Assembly: GCF_004010195.1 (NCBI RefSeq)
Contig: NC_057720.1
Coordinates: 23,740,135-23,804,134 of the forward strand
DNA length: 64,000 nt
From: Chiloscyllium plagiosum
Taxonomy: Eukaryota
Direction: 5' to 3'
Every line of letters starts with the position of its first letter. The stretch's first letter is position 1. Below the pieces are notes generated by a model, which made no database searches, was not told where the DNA came from, and saw only the letters and a program-made list of their open reading frames with translations. Shown in pieces: positions 26,566 through 38,964 of the stretch. A program made the translations under genes and the position numbers.

Positions 26566-26891
26566 GGTCATGCTGATGTTTCTTCGCAGCCTACGTGTTG
26601 GGGACTCTCACGTAGGGTGTCTCAATTGAGGAAAGGCTAGAAGTAGATGGTAGCACTGGGCGCCCTAGTAAATGACACCATGCCTACAGCAGCAGTACAG
26701 AGATGAGACACATACCACTAAAGTTCAGAAGACACAAGAAACATTAAACTGACATGTATTCCTTGTCCTTCTCATGCTGGCCACCTGGTTCCAGTGTTGG
26801 GTCTAGTATTGTGAACGGCTTGTAAATTTTACCCTCATTATACCACAGGTGTCAATTTTACAGGTCTGAAAAAGAGATCACCTACCTCTAA

Positions 26892-27435
26892 ATGAATGAT
26901 CATTTATTGTCACTTGTACTCTACAATGAACAATGCAGTAAAATACAGTGAAAAACTTCAACTGTCATCACAATCCAGCGCCATTTTGAATAGTTTAAGA
27001 AGAAAAAGATATAGCTGAAAGAGAGTCCATCTTCATTCAACTGCCTCTGCCATTAGTCCTGAGCTCTAAGCTGGCTGATGAACTACACCTGCGATGCCAT
27101 CCCGCTGCCTGCACCAGACCCACCATCAGAGTTGCCACTCTTCAGGTACCATCTCATTGTCGCTGTGCCCACCTTGCCAATGAGCCTCCAACACCAGAAC
27201 CTGTGTTGGATCCATGCTCGCCCTGCAGTGAGGAGCCCCCAGCACTGCTGTTACTATCACCTGTCCGATAGCCAGCAGTCGCTGGCTCTGGGCATACCAC
27301 AACCAGGGGCTGCCCCTACTGCCTCACCGATAACCAGGAGTCCCCACTCACGGCTTACTGCCATCAGGAGACCATGGATCTGCTGCCGCCACTGCCTCAC
27401 CAAAGCCTGGAATCTCCGCTCTGGGTAGACCACAA
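26892..27435 (-). mobile_element. Unclassified GC-rich element with a ...ttcactgta...gtgacaataaa 3' end
   Basis: Shares gatgg.acc..aagagtggcaac and the 3' end with 5990-6290. Confidence 0.55.
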
Positions 27436-29334
27436 CCTAAAATGGATGCATTTAAAATGGCAGCATCTTTGATTAACATTTTATCTAATGGCGTGTTTTA
27501 AATTGGGTCTCAAGTCATTGCAGTTCAAACCAATTTGGGGTTTTACATTTGAGCCAGACTGCATGAAATTAATTGGTCACAATTATTGCAAGAAAGCCAA
27601 CAAGTCTGTGCCATTTGATAGCCCACTTTGCTGTTGTATTTAGAATAGGAATGTTGTTTGGCTGTCAAATCTATAGAAGAGTAACCATATAAAAGCAGAT
27701 CAGTACTCGTTGTTCCTGGTTGGATCAGCAATAAATCATAGTCATATTAAGAGACAATATCATTTCACAGATTTCTCCTGAGGGCCACACAGCAAGTGAA
27801 AACAATTGATCAATAAATATAGATGGATGGGAGTTGCGTATCATTATATAACTGCTCTGCCATTGCATGTGTTTAGTTGATTTATGGGTTGTTTTAAAGA
27901 GAGTTCAGGCAAACTGCAAAAGTGTTCAAGCAACAAATGAACCATGGTCCATTTTGTGGTAGGATGTTTGGCAATGGGTTATTAAGTAGGTGAATCTTAC
28001 ACTGTGTATGACAATACTAGAAGTCACTATTTATTTCATAGAGCACTCGTACGATATATTAACATTCTTTACTGCTGCAAGTGTTAACAGTTATGTGACA
28101 GCATCCAGAATTGTCTCTTTAGTCAGTTTTATCAGGGTTGATATAAACAAGATAGACAGCCATTTTCTCCCCGAGATAATAGTAGGAACTGTGAATGTCT
28201 TTATCTAGAGAACCGTCTGGAGGAGGCCAGTTCATTTCTCACCAACGTGATGAGCAGATTGACCCGAGAGCACTTTGGCTCCATCAAATGCTCCCAGCAG
28301 AATTGCAAAATGTAATCCAGTCTTTCCATGTCAGTGAATACTGCCAAATTACAGCTTTAAAGTAGACACTGTCAATGGTTTTTTTTCCTGGAAGAATTCA
28401 GACCTTCAGCCGTGAAGAAGCATGTCAGGCACCATATTCATATATAGTCAGTGATGTCTCTAATCCATCAGCATCACATCTTTCATGCATTATACAGCTG
28501 CATTTTATTTGTATGCGCGTGCTTCTACCTGTATAAAGCATCTGCAGCACTCTGCCTCCCTTTCAACTGCGTATATAATCACCATTAGTACACTGCATAT
28601 TCTCAGAGAGTCGCCATTGCATTTATCCATTAGACCATAAATATCTCTGCAGACAGTGATAAAGCTCTGGAGGGGACAGAATTCACTGTTATTTTAAATG
28701 ATATTGTAAAGATATGTCATCACATTTGTTTAGACTCATAACAAAGAATTTTAAAAAGATCTAAATAGAACGTTTATTTCAGGGCCTCGAATTGGCAAAT
28801 GAGTTTAAGCCAATTTTTTTTTAATATTCATGCTGTGAAGCAACTCTACCTAGGGACAAGAACTCTAAGATATAATTTAATTGAACTAATTTTTCTACTT
28901 CTGGTGTAGTGGGAGGACAGTAATAACTGGTGAAGTTCCTGATTCGTTTGAGTGATCTGAATGTGTTTAGAATTTCTACAAAGATGAGCAAATTACCAAG
29001 CATAGCACAGTATCAGTATGAACAAAATACTTATATTTACTATACTCTGCCACTGTTCCCGAATGCTTTACAAAGATTCGATGGAGATGTCATGGTAACA
29101 TCAGTAGGAGGAACTTTCCCTTCCTTGATGAGAATATTATAGGTGTCGCGGTGAGAATGAAAGAATCCATGTCTTGACGTTAAGAAAAATATTGTAGATA
29201 TCTCCTCTCAAGACGTAAATGGCATTTTCAATATCTCCCCTTTGAGTGACAACTGTCTTATTTCAAAGTATTTGCATCTCATTAAAGCTTAACTTGCTCC
29301 ACTTATAATTACACTTATAATTCACCGCTACCAA

Positions 29335-31452
29335 AAAAACTAAGGTGGTGGAAATTCTACAAATACATTAAGAGCAAAAAAGAAATTAAGAAGGGAATAA
29401 GGTCCCTTAAAGATCAATGAGGCTATCTGTGTGGAAGCACAGGAGATGGGTGAGATACAAAATGAATACTTCCCATCAGTATTATCTGTAGAGAAGCACA
29501 TGGAAGCGAGGGAAGTTGGGTAAATAAATAGTGATGGCTTGAAAAGTGTCCACGTTATGGAAGAAGACTTGCTGGAGGTCTTAAACAGCATAAAGAAATC
29601 TTGAGGCCCTGATTGGGTGTTTCCCAGAATTTTCTGCGAGCTAGGGAAGTAATTGCTTAGCCCCTTGCTGGGACACTTGTATCATTGATAGACAAGGGTG
29701 AGGTGGCAGAAGACTGGAGGGTAGTTAATTGGTGCTATTATTTAAGAAAGATAGTAAGGAAAAACTAGGGAACTATAGACTGGTGAGTGTGACATCAGTG
29801 GTGGGTAAGTTCAGAAATAGAATTCCTACTGTGGGGAAACAGACCCTTTGGCATAACAAGTCCAGACTGACCCTCCGAAGACTTTCCCACCCAGACCCAT
29901 TCCCCTGCATTTACCTCTGACTCATGCACCTAACCTATAAGTCCCTGAACACTATAGGCAATTTAGCACAGCCAATTCCCATTTGTGGAAGGAAACCCAT
30001 GCAGACACAGGGAGAATGTACAAACTCCACATAGACTGTCGCCCGAGGTTGGAAATGAACACAGGTCCCTGGTACCTTGAGGCAGCAGTGCTAACCATTG
30101 TGCCATCATGCCGCTGATGTTGGATGGGATTCTGAGGGACAGGATTTACATGCATTTGGAAAGGCAAGGACTGATTATGAATAGTCAACATGGCTTTGTG
30201 CGTGGGAAATCATATTTTGCTTATTTGATTGAGTTTTTGAAGAGGTGACAAAGAAGATTGACGAAGGCAGCGTAGTAGACTTTGTATATATAGATTTTAG
30301 CAAGGCGTTCGACAAGGTTTTGCATGGTAGACTGATTAGCAAAGTTTGATCGCGTGGAATCCAAGAGGAGCTAGCCAATTAGATCCAAAATGGGCATTGA
30401 AGGCACAGTACAGAGAGTGGTGGTAGAAGGTTGCTTTTCAGACTGGAGACCTGTGAACAGCAGTGTGCGACAAGGATCGGTGCTGGGTCCACTGCTTTTC
30501 AACATTTACATAAATGATTTGGATGTGAATATAGGAGCTATGTATACTAGTTTGCAGATGACACCAAAATTGGTGTTGTAGTGGACAAAGAAGATTATCT
30601 CAAGGTACAATGGGACATTGATTAGATGGGCCAAGGGCTGAAGAGTGGCAGAAGAAGTTTAATTTTGATAAATGTGAGGTTTTTGCATTTTGGTAAGACA
30701 AACCAGGGCAAGACTAATACAGTTAATGATAGAGTCCAGGGGAATCATGCCAAACAAAAAGAGACCTTGGGGTGCAGATGCATAGTCCCTTGACAATGGA
30801 GTCACAGGTTGACAGGATGGTGAAGAAGACCTCTGGTATGCTTGCCTTCACTGGTCAGTGCATTGAGTATAAGAGTTGGGATGACATGTTGTAGCTGTAC
30901 AGTTCATTGGTGAAGTCACTTTTAGAATATTGTGTCAGTTCTGGTCTCCCTGCTATAGGAAAGATGTTGTTAAAATTGAAAGGGTGTAAAAATGATTGTG
31001 AAGGATGTTCCGGATTGGAGAGTTTCAGCTATAGAGACAGGCTAAATAGGCTGGGATTGTCTTCCCTGAACATCAGAGGCTGAGGGATGACCTCTAAAAA
31101 GTTTATAAAATGATGAGGGGCACGGATTGGGTGAATAGCCACGGTCTTTCTCCCAGGGTAGGGGAGTCCAAATCTAGAGGGCAGAAGTTTACGGTGAAAG
31201 TGGAAAGATTTAAAAGGAACCTGAGGGGCAACGTTTTCACACAGAGGATATGGAAAGAGCAACCAGAGGATGCAGGTACAATTACAACATTTAAAAGGCA
31301 TTTGGATGGGTACATGAATAAGAACGGTTTAGAGGAATATGAGCCAAATGCTGGCAAATGAGACTGCATCAGTTTCAGATACCTGGTCGGTATGGACGAG
31401 TTGGACTGAAGGGTTTGTTTCCATGCTGTACCAACTCTATGAATACATGACT
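29335..31452 (+). mobile_element. HER1/CR1 LINE ~1.8 kb, interrupted by an HE1 SINE
   Basis: [39 protein letters not shown] and the 3' tail. Confidence 0.93.
29811..30115 (-). mobile_element. HE1 SINE (V-SINE superfamily)
   Basis: A box tggcacaatgg, B-box-like gtgttcatttcc, V-domain tgtggagtttgtacattctccctgtgtctgcatgggtttcc. Confidence 0.9.
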
Positions 31453-31871
31453 CGAATTCTTCTACTCCATCAAGTTTCCAAACCTACCACGCTACAGGAA
31501 CATGAAAAACGGGGATTTCAGGCATGGCAGGGAGGCTGGGGGTTGGGGGGGCGTGGGGGGAGGGGTGATGGCATCAATTAAAATAGATGGTGCTTGCAAA
31601 TTGCTTTCCCTTGCTTTTGAGGGCAGCATAGCCAATGGTCTAAGACTAAGCAGCTTTCTTGATCCTCCAAGCAACCTGTTATTTTATATGCTGTGTGCTG
31701 GTTACAACACAAGAACAACTGCATTCACCTGAGAAAGCAATAACAGGGAAGAAAGGTGCAAACAATCAGGAAGTGACCAGCTGAATTCAATTGTATTCCT
31801 CACTCTGATAAATGTGGTATGTAAAATACCTTGATGGAACAAATGATTGAAGTGATGAATCATTTGAGCTG

Positions 31872-32042
31872 GCAGTATCTGTGAAGAGAAAAACAAAGTT
31901 GATGTTTTGAGTCTAGTAACCCTCAAAATATTAATTCTGTTTTCTCCCTTCACAGATGCTGCCAGATCTGCTGAGTTTCTCCAGTCCTTTCTATTTTTGT
32001 TTGTTTCAGCTCTCCAGCGTCTGTAGCTCTTTGTTTATTTTG
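31872..32042. mobile_element. Short fold-back Penelope-type insertion with 13-bp TSD
   Basis: TSD atcatttgagctg at 31859-31871 and 32043-32055. Arms ggcagtatctgtgaag / cttcacagatgctgcc. Confidence 0.8.
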
Positions 32043-33466
32043 ATCATTTGAGCTGATGGCTTCAATACAGGTTTGAAATGTAATGGGAAATAAATCACTT
32101 TCTTTGCAACATCACGCTGCTATACCGATTCTTCAAATATAAATACATTTTCCACTTGTCATTTTGCAGTATGTTTTACTACTGCTTAATGTCATTAAAC
32201 AACCTGATTTATGTCAGGTCCCAAGCTGAAGTCATAAAGACACGGTCCATCATTTTTTCCATGGCAACTATTATTCATTTCTTTTCATTTGGTCAGATCC
32301 AAGGGTTTCATGTTGTGTAACCATGGCGATTGCTAAAGCTATAAGCTAGATCAATTGACTTCAGACAGAGTTACTGGAAATTTACACAACCCCTCAACAC
32401 TATTATTTCCCACTTTTCATTCCCAGGGTTTGTAAGCTTAAAATAACATTTTAAAAAAAAATGTTAAATTATATGCAGCAAAGCTGTATTAACATTCTAA
32501 CAATTTTAATGGAACAAATCTGTTACGCTATGACACATGTTCCACTTTCTTTTCCATATATATCTTTGGGTACAATTTTTTTGACCCATGTATGTTTTGC
32601 AGTTTAACATGCTTTAATTTTTGCAACTACTTTCCATTTCATAGACCTTTCTTTTAATGAGAGGTACTGAAAGTAATTTGCATTTCTATGTTTATAAAGT
32701 GTGTTAATATTAGTCACAGGCAGTTAGGAGGAAATGTGGTATTTTTACCCTGAATGTATACACCGATAGAAATGAAACTAAATCTATTCCTGCACTATTA
32801 CTTGGGATCTGGCTTTTCAAGATTTGGAACGTCTCGGTTTTCCCATTTGGGCTATCATTAGGCACCAAGCCAGTTAGTGTTTAGCTGGAAAAGCTGTCAA
32901 ACCTTTATCCTTACTAATTATTTAAGACTCTCTTTAAAATCTAGGTATTTGACAAATTGTTTGATCCTCTGTCTTGATATACCCATTTATCACTCATAGG
33001 GTCATAGAGGTGTATAGCGTGGAAACAGACTCTCCGGTCCAAAACATCTATGACTCGTCAGATATCCTAACCTAATCTAGTCCCATTTGACAGCACTTAG
33101 CCCATAGCCCCCCAACCCTTCCTATTCATAAAGTCATCCAGATGTCTTTTAATTGTTGTAATTATATCAGCATCCACTACTTTCTCTGGCAGCTCATTCA
33201 CCAGCTCATTCACCACCGTCTACATGAGAAACGTTGCCCCACAGGTCCCTTTCAAATCTTTCCCCTCTCACTCTAAACCTATGCCCTCTAGTTCTGGACT
33301 TCCCCACCCCAGGGAAAAGGCCTTGTCTATTTAACCTCTCCATGACCCTCATGATTTTATAAACCTCGACAAGGTCACCCCTCAACCTCCTATACTCCAG
33401 GGAAAACTGTACCAGCCTACTCAGCTTCTGAATGTAGGTTTGCTCGCTGAGCTGGAAGGTTCGTTT

Positions 33467-33506
33467 TCAGACGTTTCATCACCATACTGCGTAACATCTT
33501 CAGTGA
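33467..33506 (-). ncRNA. Minimal type I hammerhead motif, inverted copy
   Basis: The minus strand reads tca-CTGAAGA-t-gttac gcagtatg gtgat-GAAA-cg-TC-tga. Confidence 0.7.
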
Positions 33507-33827
33507 GCCTCTGGAAGAAGCACTGCTGATGATTCCTGTTTTCTATTTATATGTTTGGGTTTCTTTGGGTCAGTGATGTCATTTCCTGCAGTGATGTCAT
33601 TTCCTGTTCTTTTTCTCAGGGATGGTAAATGGGGTCCAAGTCAATGTGTTTGTTGATATCAACATAAGCATTGACTTGGACCCCATTTACCATCCCCTGA
33701 GAAAAAGAACAGGAAATGACATCACTGCAGGAAATAACATCACTACCGGGAGTGACATCACGAACCTAAAGGAACCCAAACATATAAATAGAAAGCAGGA
33801 ATCATCAGCAGTGCTTTGGCCAGAGGC

Positions 33828-33867
33828 TCACTGAAGATGTTACGTAGTATGGTGACGAAACGTCTGA
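33828..33867 (+). ncRNA. Minimal type I hammerhead ribozyme motif, core intact
   Basis: tca-CTGAAGA-t-gttac gtagtatg gtgac-GAAA-cg-TC-tga. Confidence 0.75.
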
Positions 33868-34195
33868 AAATGAACCTTCCAGCTCAGCAAGCAAACCTAC
33901 ATCCAGAACCCAACCTGAGCTACAAATCTTCTCAAAGCTCACTACTCAGCTTCTCCTTATATCTTAAAACCTCCAACTCTGGCAACATCCTGGTAAATAT
34001 TTTCTGAACCTTTCAAGTTTCACAACATTCTTCATTTAGGAGGGTGACCAGAATTGCACACAACATTCCAAAAGTGGCCCAACCAATGTCCTGTACAGCT
34101 GCAACACGACCTCCCAAATCCTATAATCAATTCTCTGACCAATAAAGGAAAGCATACAGTGTCAAAATATGAAACAGCTCCTGCGATGTAATTTT

Positions 34196-34715
34196 AGAAT
34201 TTAAGAACTCGGAGCAGGAGTAGGCCATCTGGCCCCTCAAACCTGCTCCACTATTCAATAAGATCACAGCTGTTTTTTTTCATGGACTCAGTTCCACTTA
34301 CCACTCACTCACTGTAATGCTAAATTCCTTTACTATTCAAAAATCTATCTTCGTCTTAAAAACATTCAACAAAACAGCCTCATCTGCTTCCCTGGGCAGG
34401 GAATTCCACAGATTCACAACCCTTTGGTGAAGAAGTTCATTCTCAGTTCAGTCCTAAATCTGCTTCCTTTTATTTTGAGGCTCTGTCTCTTAGTTCTAGT
34501 TCCACCTGCCACTGGAAGCAATCTTGCTGTTTCTTTCTTATCTATTCCCTTCATAATTTTATATGTTTCTATAAGATCTCCCCTCATTCTTCAAAGTTCC
34601 AATGAGCAAAGTCCCAGTCAACTCAATCTGTCCTCATAATCCAACCCTGTCAACTCTGGAATCAACCTAATGAACCTCTTCTGTATGTCCATCAGTTTCA
34701 GTATATCCTTTTTGA
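34196..34715 (-). mobile_element. CR1-like 3' fragment, different subfamily
   Basis: Antisense ORF 34424-34639 is typical of a CR1 end. Tail ggagcaggagtaggccat. Confidence 0.8.
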
Positions 34716-35301
34716 TGAGTAGTCTTAAATATTACCTTGTTAAAGGTGGTAGGTGAATACACATTTCGATGTGTACTTGTGAGTTAATTGCAGGAAAGAC
34801 TTGGGAGTGTGTTGGCAATCTGAATTATTACACATTTTCTGTCAATGAGTTGTCACATCTAGTTTCTTGGAAGCGTAACATACAACTACACAATTCCCTC
34901 TTTCCCCACTTCCACTGCCAGGCAGAAGCTGAGAGGATTATTTTCAACATTTCCACCTCCATAATGTCATGTAAACAACAATAGCTTAATGATCAATCAA
35001 TCAATTGGGTTGGTTTATTGAAAACAGGTAAACACTTTAATCTTAACTGGAATATCAAAGCCTAAGAAGGCCTCCTACCTTCAGAGGACTGTTATGTCGA
35101 TATTCCTGGACTGGATATTGAACATGTTACAACTCTTGTTTTGAGCCAGTTCAAGAACTCACTAACCTAGTAATGGAAGGGAAGTTTGTCAAAACCATCC
35201 CCATTTTGGAGGAGTCGGCATGCTCTGTTCTTTGGTTTAAATATCTAGCAACAAGCCAGCTACTTTATAAGGGTAAGTATGTAAGCTTACCCTTATAAAG
35301 A

Positions 35302-35538
35302 GCTGAAAATGTGTTGCTGGAAAAGCGCAGCAGATCAGGCAGCATCCAAGGAGCAGGAGAATCGACGTATCGGGCATGAGTCCTTCTTCAGGAAGAAGGG
35401 CCCGAAACGTCGGGCTCATGCCCGAAATGTCGATTCTCCTGCTCCTTGGATGCTACCTGACCTGCTGCGCTTTTCCAGCAACACATTTTCAGCTCTGATC
35501 TCCAGCATCTGCAGTCCTCACTTTCTCCTCGAAGATTT
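35302..35538. mobile_element. Young fold-back Penelope-type insertion with 15-bp TSD
   Basis: TSD ttacccttataaaga at 35287-35301 and 35539-35553. Arms of ~80 bp, with CpGs largely intact. Confidence 0.92.
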
Positions 35539-36704
35539 TTACCCTTATAAAGAAGCTAGTGTACTAGGTGGGTCGTGTGCCAGGAGTAGGTACCAGTTTT
35601 GGAGGTAGGTAGTGTTAGAGGTGGTTGAGATAGCTAGGGTGATAGGTATTTGGAAAAGTATTAGGGTAAGATAAGAGATTGCGTGGGGTAGGCATCAGAT
35701 CAGGAACAGCAGTCTATAAAGATGTTTTAATATCAGTCATGGACAGTAGCAGGAAAAGTGCCACTTGTATCCTGAAGGTATATATCGATGTAACTGAAAC
35801 AAAGTCTGTGTTCGCACTACCATTTGGGATCTGGTGTTTCAAGATTTGTTGGGTTGGATGGAAGAGTTGGATTGGGAGATTGGTCTTTGTTTCAGCAGGT
35901 CAATTTGTTATTGGGGGTCTGTCAGTTCTAGCAAAGGGAGGAGTATCATTGGTAATGCATGGATTCAATTTAATAGCTACCAAGGAACTAAAGTCGATTT
36001 TTGATCTGTTATTGCTTCCTGGGTAGATATTAAGCATACATAATTGGAGTCCTCTGAATTCACTGATTTTAATGGGCATTTTGAAGGTCTCAGATGCAAG
36101 GAAATTCCCTACAGGATTTTCAATTTCCTGAGCCACTCCAAGAGTCAGCTGCATTGGGGATTTCACCTGCTGTCGATGAGAAACTCCAATGATTATTTGA
36201 CCATCATAATATTTATATTATAATAAGTTATGAAGCAGGCATAATAACATGCCAACTGATTTCTCTGTGCAGCTCATAAACCCACAGCAGACTAACTGTT
36301 GGTCAAAGTCTCAATATTGTGTACACGTAACACATGGAATCCTCAAAGGTGAACTCTAAATAGAAAGGTACACATACAACAGATAGTAAGAGATAGTTAC
36401 CTTGCCAAGAAGATCATCTACCCATCCAAATATATCCCCCACTGAAGTCAATGGAACAAATTGGGCAGGGTCTGAAATGGCTGCTGAGGAGAGATTACAT
36501 CCAAATTTAACCTGCTAATTCACTTAGAAGGTCTGCATCAAAAATCTGAATAATTAAGTGTTTAACTCCCCATAAACCAAAGTTAATTTCACAACAACAG
36601 CATAACATAAATTAATCCATAATGCTGTTTGGCCAAATATGCAAAATTGGAAACCAGCAGTACTTTAATTAAACACCAAATTGAAAAGCTTATTGAAAAT
36701 TTAC

Positions 36705-36916
36705 AAAGTTAAAAATCATCCAGCACCAGATTAGAGTCCAACAGGTTTATTCTGAAGCACTAGCTTTCAGAGTGCCACTCCTTCATCAGATGGTTGATGA
36801 TGAAAGAACAGCACTCTGAAAGTTAGTGCTTCCAATTAAACCTGTTGGACTATAACCTGGTGTTATGGGATTTTTAACTTTGACCACCCCAGTCCAACAC
36901 CGGCACGTCCAAGTCA
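36705..36916. mobile_element. Fold-back Penelope-type insertion with 11-bp TSD and opposed hammerhead motifs
   Basis: TSD tgaaaatttac at 36694-36704 and 36917-36927. The minus strand at 36757-36793 reads cat-CTGATGA-a-ggagt ggc actct-GAAA-gc-TA-gtg. Confidence 0.88.
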
Positions 36917-38964
36917 TGAAAATTTACTGTTCACTAAAGGCTGAGTACATTCCTTTCACTCATAGTTTGTAACTGTATAAGTTAGTTTGGTTTCAGTACA
37001 GTTACAAATTTCAATAATTTCTTTTATATACTTGAACAGCACTATGGTAACAAATGCAAGAGGGTAGACCAAAGCATTTGCTGATGCGTAGAATATTACA
37101 TTGTCATAGCAAAAGTGAGAAAATAAATGCTCTCTGCTGTTTCTCTGCTGAATACAGAACTTGAGTCAGGCCGTGTTTACTGCTTTTATAAAAGGAAACT
37201 CTTGTCAATAATGACTATAACTTCATAGGAAGACACAACATGTCATAGAGGTGATAAGTGTCAGGGAAGTGTCGCTAAAATGTCAGAGTTTGGATGGTAG
37301 AGTTCAGCATGACTTCATGAAGGGCTTTCATTGGTTAATCAAGTAGATGTCGCCCTCTACAACAAGTAATCTAAACTGTCTCCAGTAATCTATACCTGAA
37401 CAAGGCAAGGGGCATTCTCACATGGATAATTTAATGACCATTCTTTTATATAATTGTACAATGAATTCAAATTAATTTATAATGTTTAATATTTATGATG
37501 TTGCAGTTCTGCCACCCAAGCTACATTTGTTTCGCCAGTGAGAGTTTGGGATTTTGCAAATTGGTGTACATTTTACTGTGAAGTATTAGCTCAGCAAAAT
37601 AACTTAGGAGTGAAAATATAAAAGTGTCACTGTGGAAAGTTTTATTTCTACAATTGCACACAAACAGCTCATAGATTTTCAAGTGTCAATGTGCTGTCAT
37701 CGGGTACCTGATTTAATACAGTAGGACTTGCATGGGACTTGTTACATGTGTGAACGAACAAGCAATAGCTTTCCTCTTTAATCAATCATGCAAAAGAGTC
37801 TGCACTGAGCCATACAGAGTCTGAACCAAGTATATTAATTATAATATTGAATTTCATATAAAAACATGTGCAGAAATTTTAAAAAGAGAGAAAGATGGAA
37901 TGAAGAAAGAGAACAAAAAGAGATAGAACAGTGTATTAACCTATTAAGTTTAAACCCTTCACCAACTATATTAAGAAACATAACACTGCTAAATAGTGTC
38001 TTATAATTTATAATATGGGTCATCACAGTGGCGCAAGTCATTTTTAATTTTCTTTCTTCTGTAGTAGAATTAGTGAAATATCACTGTCTCTTTGTGGTAT
38101 CTCATTCCCATTCCGTTGTTCACCTGGGTATTTTATTCCAAAGATACAGAAATAATAATTGAGCGAACTCTTTTTCCAAAGGGAGCTGTGTAATGTGGAG
38201 GGAGAAATTAATGAACTAAGATTAAAAAAAAATTCATTGCTACAAAAATAACCACTGTCCTCGCCCTATTTAGAATGACATCAACCATACTCTTATTCAG
38301 AAAGTTTGATAAAACAATGATTTAAATAATTTCATTCGAACGGTTCTTAAAGTAGTGTTAAATCTGAAGTGTTGCCAAATCTTAACAGCTAAAAAGCACC
38401 TTAATGAAAGAATCTGCATGATATGGGTTGTGATGATATTGTGTGGCAAACCTGCCACAAACCAGTTATATAAAACATTTGCATTATAGAACTTCCTTTA
38501 ATCATTCATGAGATTTGGGTGTTACTGGCTAAGGCAGCATTTGTTGCCCCTCCTTAAATGCCCCCGAGAGGGTGATGGTGAGTTTCTTTCTTGATCTGTT
38601 GTAGTCCTCGAGGTGTGGGGGAAAGGCTGTTAGAAAAGATTTTGACCTAGGGTCAGCGAAGGAACGGTGACTTGTTTCCAAGTCAGGATGGCATCTGACC
38701 ATTGGTCACCTTTGCATGACAACAAGGACCTACGTGGTCAATTCTACAAATTGCATCCCCAGGGGATATCTGTAAAATTCTTCTTTAGGGTTACTGAGAA
38801 CTCCCCTGACCCAGTCTCAACTCTGGATCATCCCTTCTTTCATTATCTTCTCTCATTGTTGGGATTTACCTGATGATTGTATGATGTTTGATCCAATATT
38901 CATCAGTTTTAAGTCAGCTTGCTAACTCTGGTGATAACATTAGCTGGGTTTTGAGGCCCTGTTT

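Larger units (their letters stand above)
33430..33941. mobile_element. ~510-bp palindromic Penelope-type insertion (inverted pLTRs plus tail) with 13-bp TSD
   Basis: Arms of ~230 bp are centred on gttgatatcaac (~33652-33663). TSD ctactcagcttct at 33417-33429 and 33942-33954. Confidence 0.92.
32994..34157 (-). mobile_element. HER1/CR1 3' fragment interrupted by a palindromic Penelope insertion
   Basis: Collinear with 17751-18385 on both sides of 33430-33941. Confidence 0.92.

Noticed and set aside
29135..29260. Minus-strand peptide TVVTQRGDIENAIYVLRG resembling a cNMP-binding domain
   Set aside because: It is flanked by in-frame stops and has no convincing splice sites.
31528..31571. G-rich run (and the C-rich run at 45338-45395)
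   Set aside because: Simple low-complexity sequence with no further evidence of function.
36401..36441. Candidate minus-strand exon (GDIFGWVDDLLGK)
   Set aside because: The acceptor overlaps ccattgacttca, a common repeat-derived palindrome, and there is no other support.
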